Assembly (NCBI GenBank): GCA_963712915.1
Contig: CAVQJQ010000005.1
Coordinates: forward strand, 178,859-242,858
Direction: 5' to 3'
DNA from: an uncultured Actinomycetes bacterium
GTDB taxonomy: Bacteria > Actinomycetota > Thermoleophilia > Gaiellales > Gaiellaceae
Length of the DNA stretch: 64,000 nt
This document shows positions 63,611 through 64,000 of the stretch, piece by piece. Under the pieces are notes generated by a model that was not told the origin of the DNA, ran no database searches, and was given only the letters and a program-made list of their open reading frames with translations. The position numbers were made by a program, and so were the translations under genes. The stretch's first letter is position 1. Every line of letters begins with the position of its first letter.

Positions 63611-64000
63611 CTACCTGCAGTTCCCGCAGGTCCCGCGCAGCACGACCTCGTGCTGCATCGCGTAGCCGAGGCGGCCTGCCGCCCGCTCGAGCGCCTGCTC
63701 GAGCGGCTCGTCGATGAACGGCTCGACGCGGCCGCAGTCGTCGCAGACGAGATGGTGATGGTGGTGATCGGCTGCGCCGACCGGCTCGAACCGCGCGACG
63801 CCGTCGCCGACGTCGACTCGCTGGACGAGCCGGAGCTCGACAAGCGTCTCGATCGTCCGGTAGACGCTCGCGACTCCGACCGTCCCGCCGGCCGAGAGGA
63901 TCCCGTCGTGGATCTCCTGTGCGGAGCGGCAGCACTCTTGCGCCGAGAGGTAGTCGACGACGGCCCGCCGGGCGCCACCGCGACGGAGACCTGCGTTGCG
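63611..64000 (-). CDS. Fur-family metalloregulator (Fur/Zur/PerR-like); 5' end lies outside the window
   Basis: My minus-strand translation reads ...RRAVVDYLSAQECCRSAQEIHDGIL...VASVYRTIETLVELRLVQRV...HHHHHLVCDDCGRVEPF...LRGTCGNCR*. It has the winged-helix, HHxH and two CxxC motifs. The stop TAG is at 63611-63613. Confidence 0.85.
   Translation of the reverse strand, partial: RNAGLRRGGARRAVVDYLSAQECCRSAQEIHDGILSAGGTVGVASVYRTIETLVELRLVQRVDVGDGVARFEPVGAADHHHHHLVCDDCGRVEPFIDEPLEQALERAAGRLGYAMQHEVVLRGTCGNCR

Noticed and set aside
63700-63760. A run of five His codons (HHHHH) that could suggest an engineered affinity tag
   Set aside because: It sits at the position of the regulatory metal-binding His cluster of Fur-family proteins (HHxH...CxxC). 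It is internal to the protein and is flanked by native sequence.

Overview
This is a 64-kb chromosomal core segment from a very GC-rich genome, roughly 70% GC by eye with an extreme GC3 bias. The gene order looks Actinomycetota-like (tig-clpP-clpX, valS-folC-ndk-maf-mreBCD-mrdA-rodA, rne-rplU-rpmA-obg-nadD-rsfS). A single clpP and a complete MreBCD/PBP2/RodA elongasome hint at a deep-branching, rod-shaped lineage; that is inference only.

Content, left to right:
- An enolase-superfamily gene (partial) and a PoxB-like TPP enzyme.
- An MFS transporter with a long cytoplasmic tail.
- Divergent soxR facing a MerR-type 19-bp-spacer promoter that drives an SDR / QueA-like / VOC operon.
- A NOX/ferric-reductase, FMN-binding protein and ApbE flavinylation trio.
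- A second MFS transporter.
- A translationally coupled 4-gene ABC system: two giant double-FtsX permeases and two ATPases.
- Two oxidoreductases.
- tRNA-His, tRNA-Arg and tRNA-Leu around a lower-GC LAGLIDADG-HTH gene.
- The housekeeping blocks named above.
- A decayed PD-(D/E)XK endonuclease remnant next to tRNA-Ala.
- A dense partner-switching module: a GAF-PP2C-HATPase fusion, three STAS proteins, a SigB/F-like sigma factor and two anti-sigma candidates.
- A secreted glycoside-hydrolase-like protein.
- sucA.
- A heterodimeric ABC exporter and an MBL hydrolase.
- An RHH / DUF4097-like pair behind a palindromic operator in a leaderless promoter.
- A partial Fur-family gene.

I saw no rRNA, CRISPR array, transposase or integrase.

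The strongest window-wide signal is at least a dozen single-base frame breaks inside conserved genes, some of them essential (valS, mrdA, mreD, sucA, maf, apbE and others). The homologous peptide simply continues in another frame at each break. This most likely reflects indel errors in the assembly rather than biology.

Many gene pairs are coupled by GTGA or ATGA start/stop overlaps.

I found no convincing, self-contained, wholly novel system such as a defence island. The candidates for uncharacterised biology are listed as separate findings with explicit caveats.

Long Arg/Pro-rich ORFs antisense to real genes are GC artefacts and were ignored.
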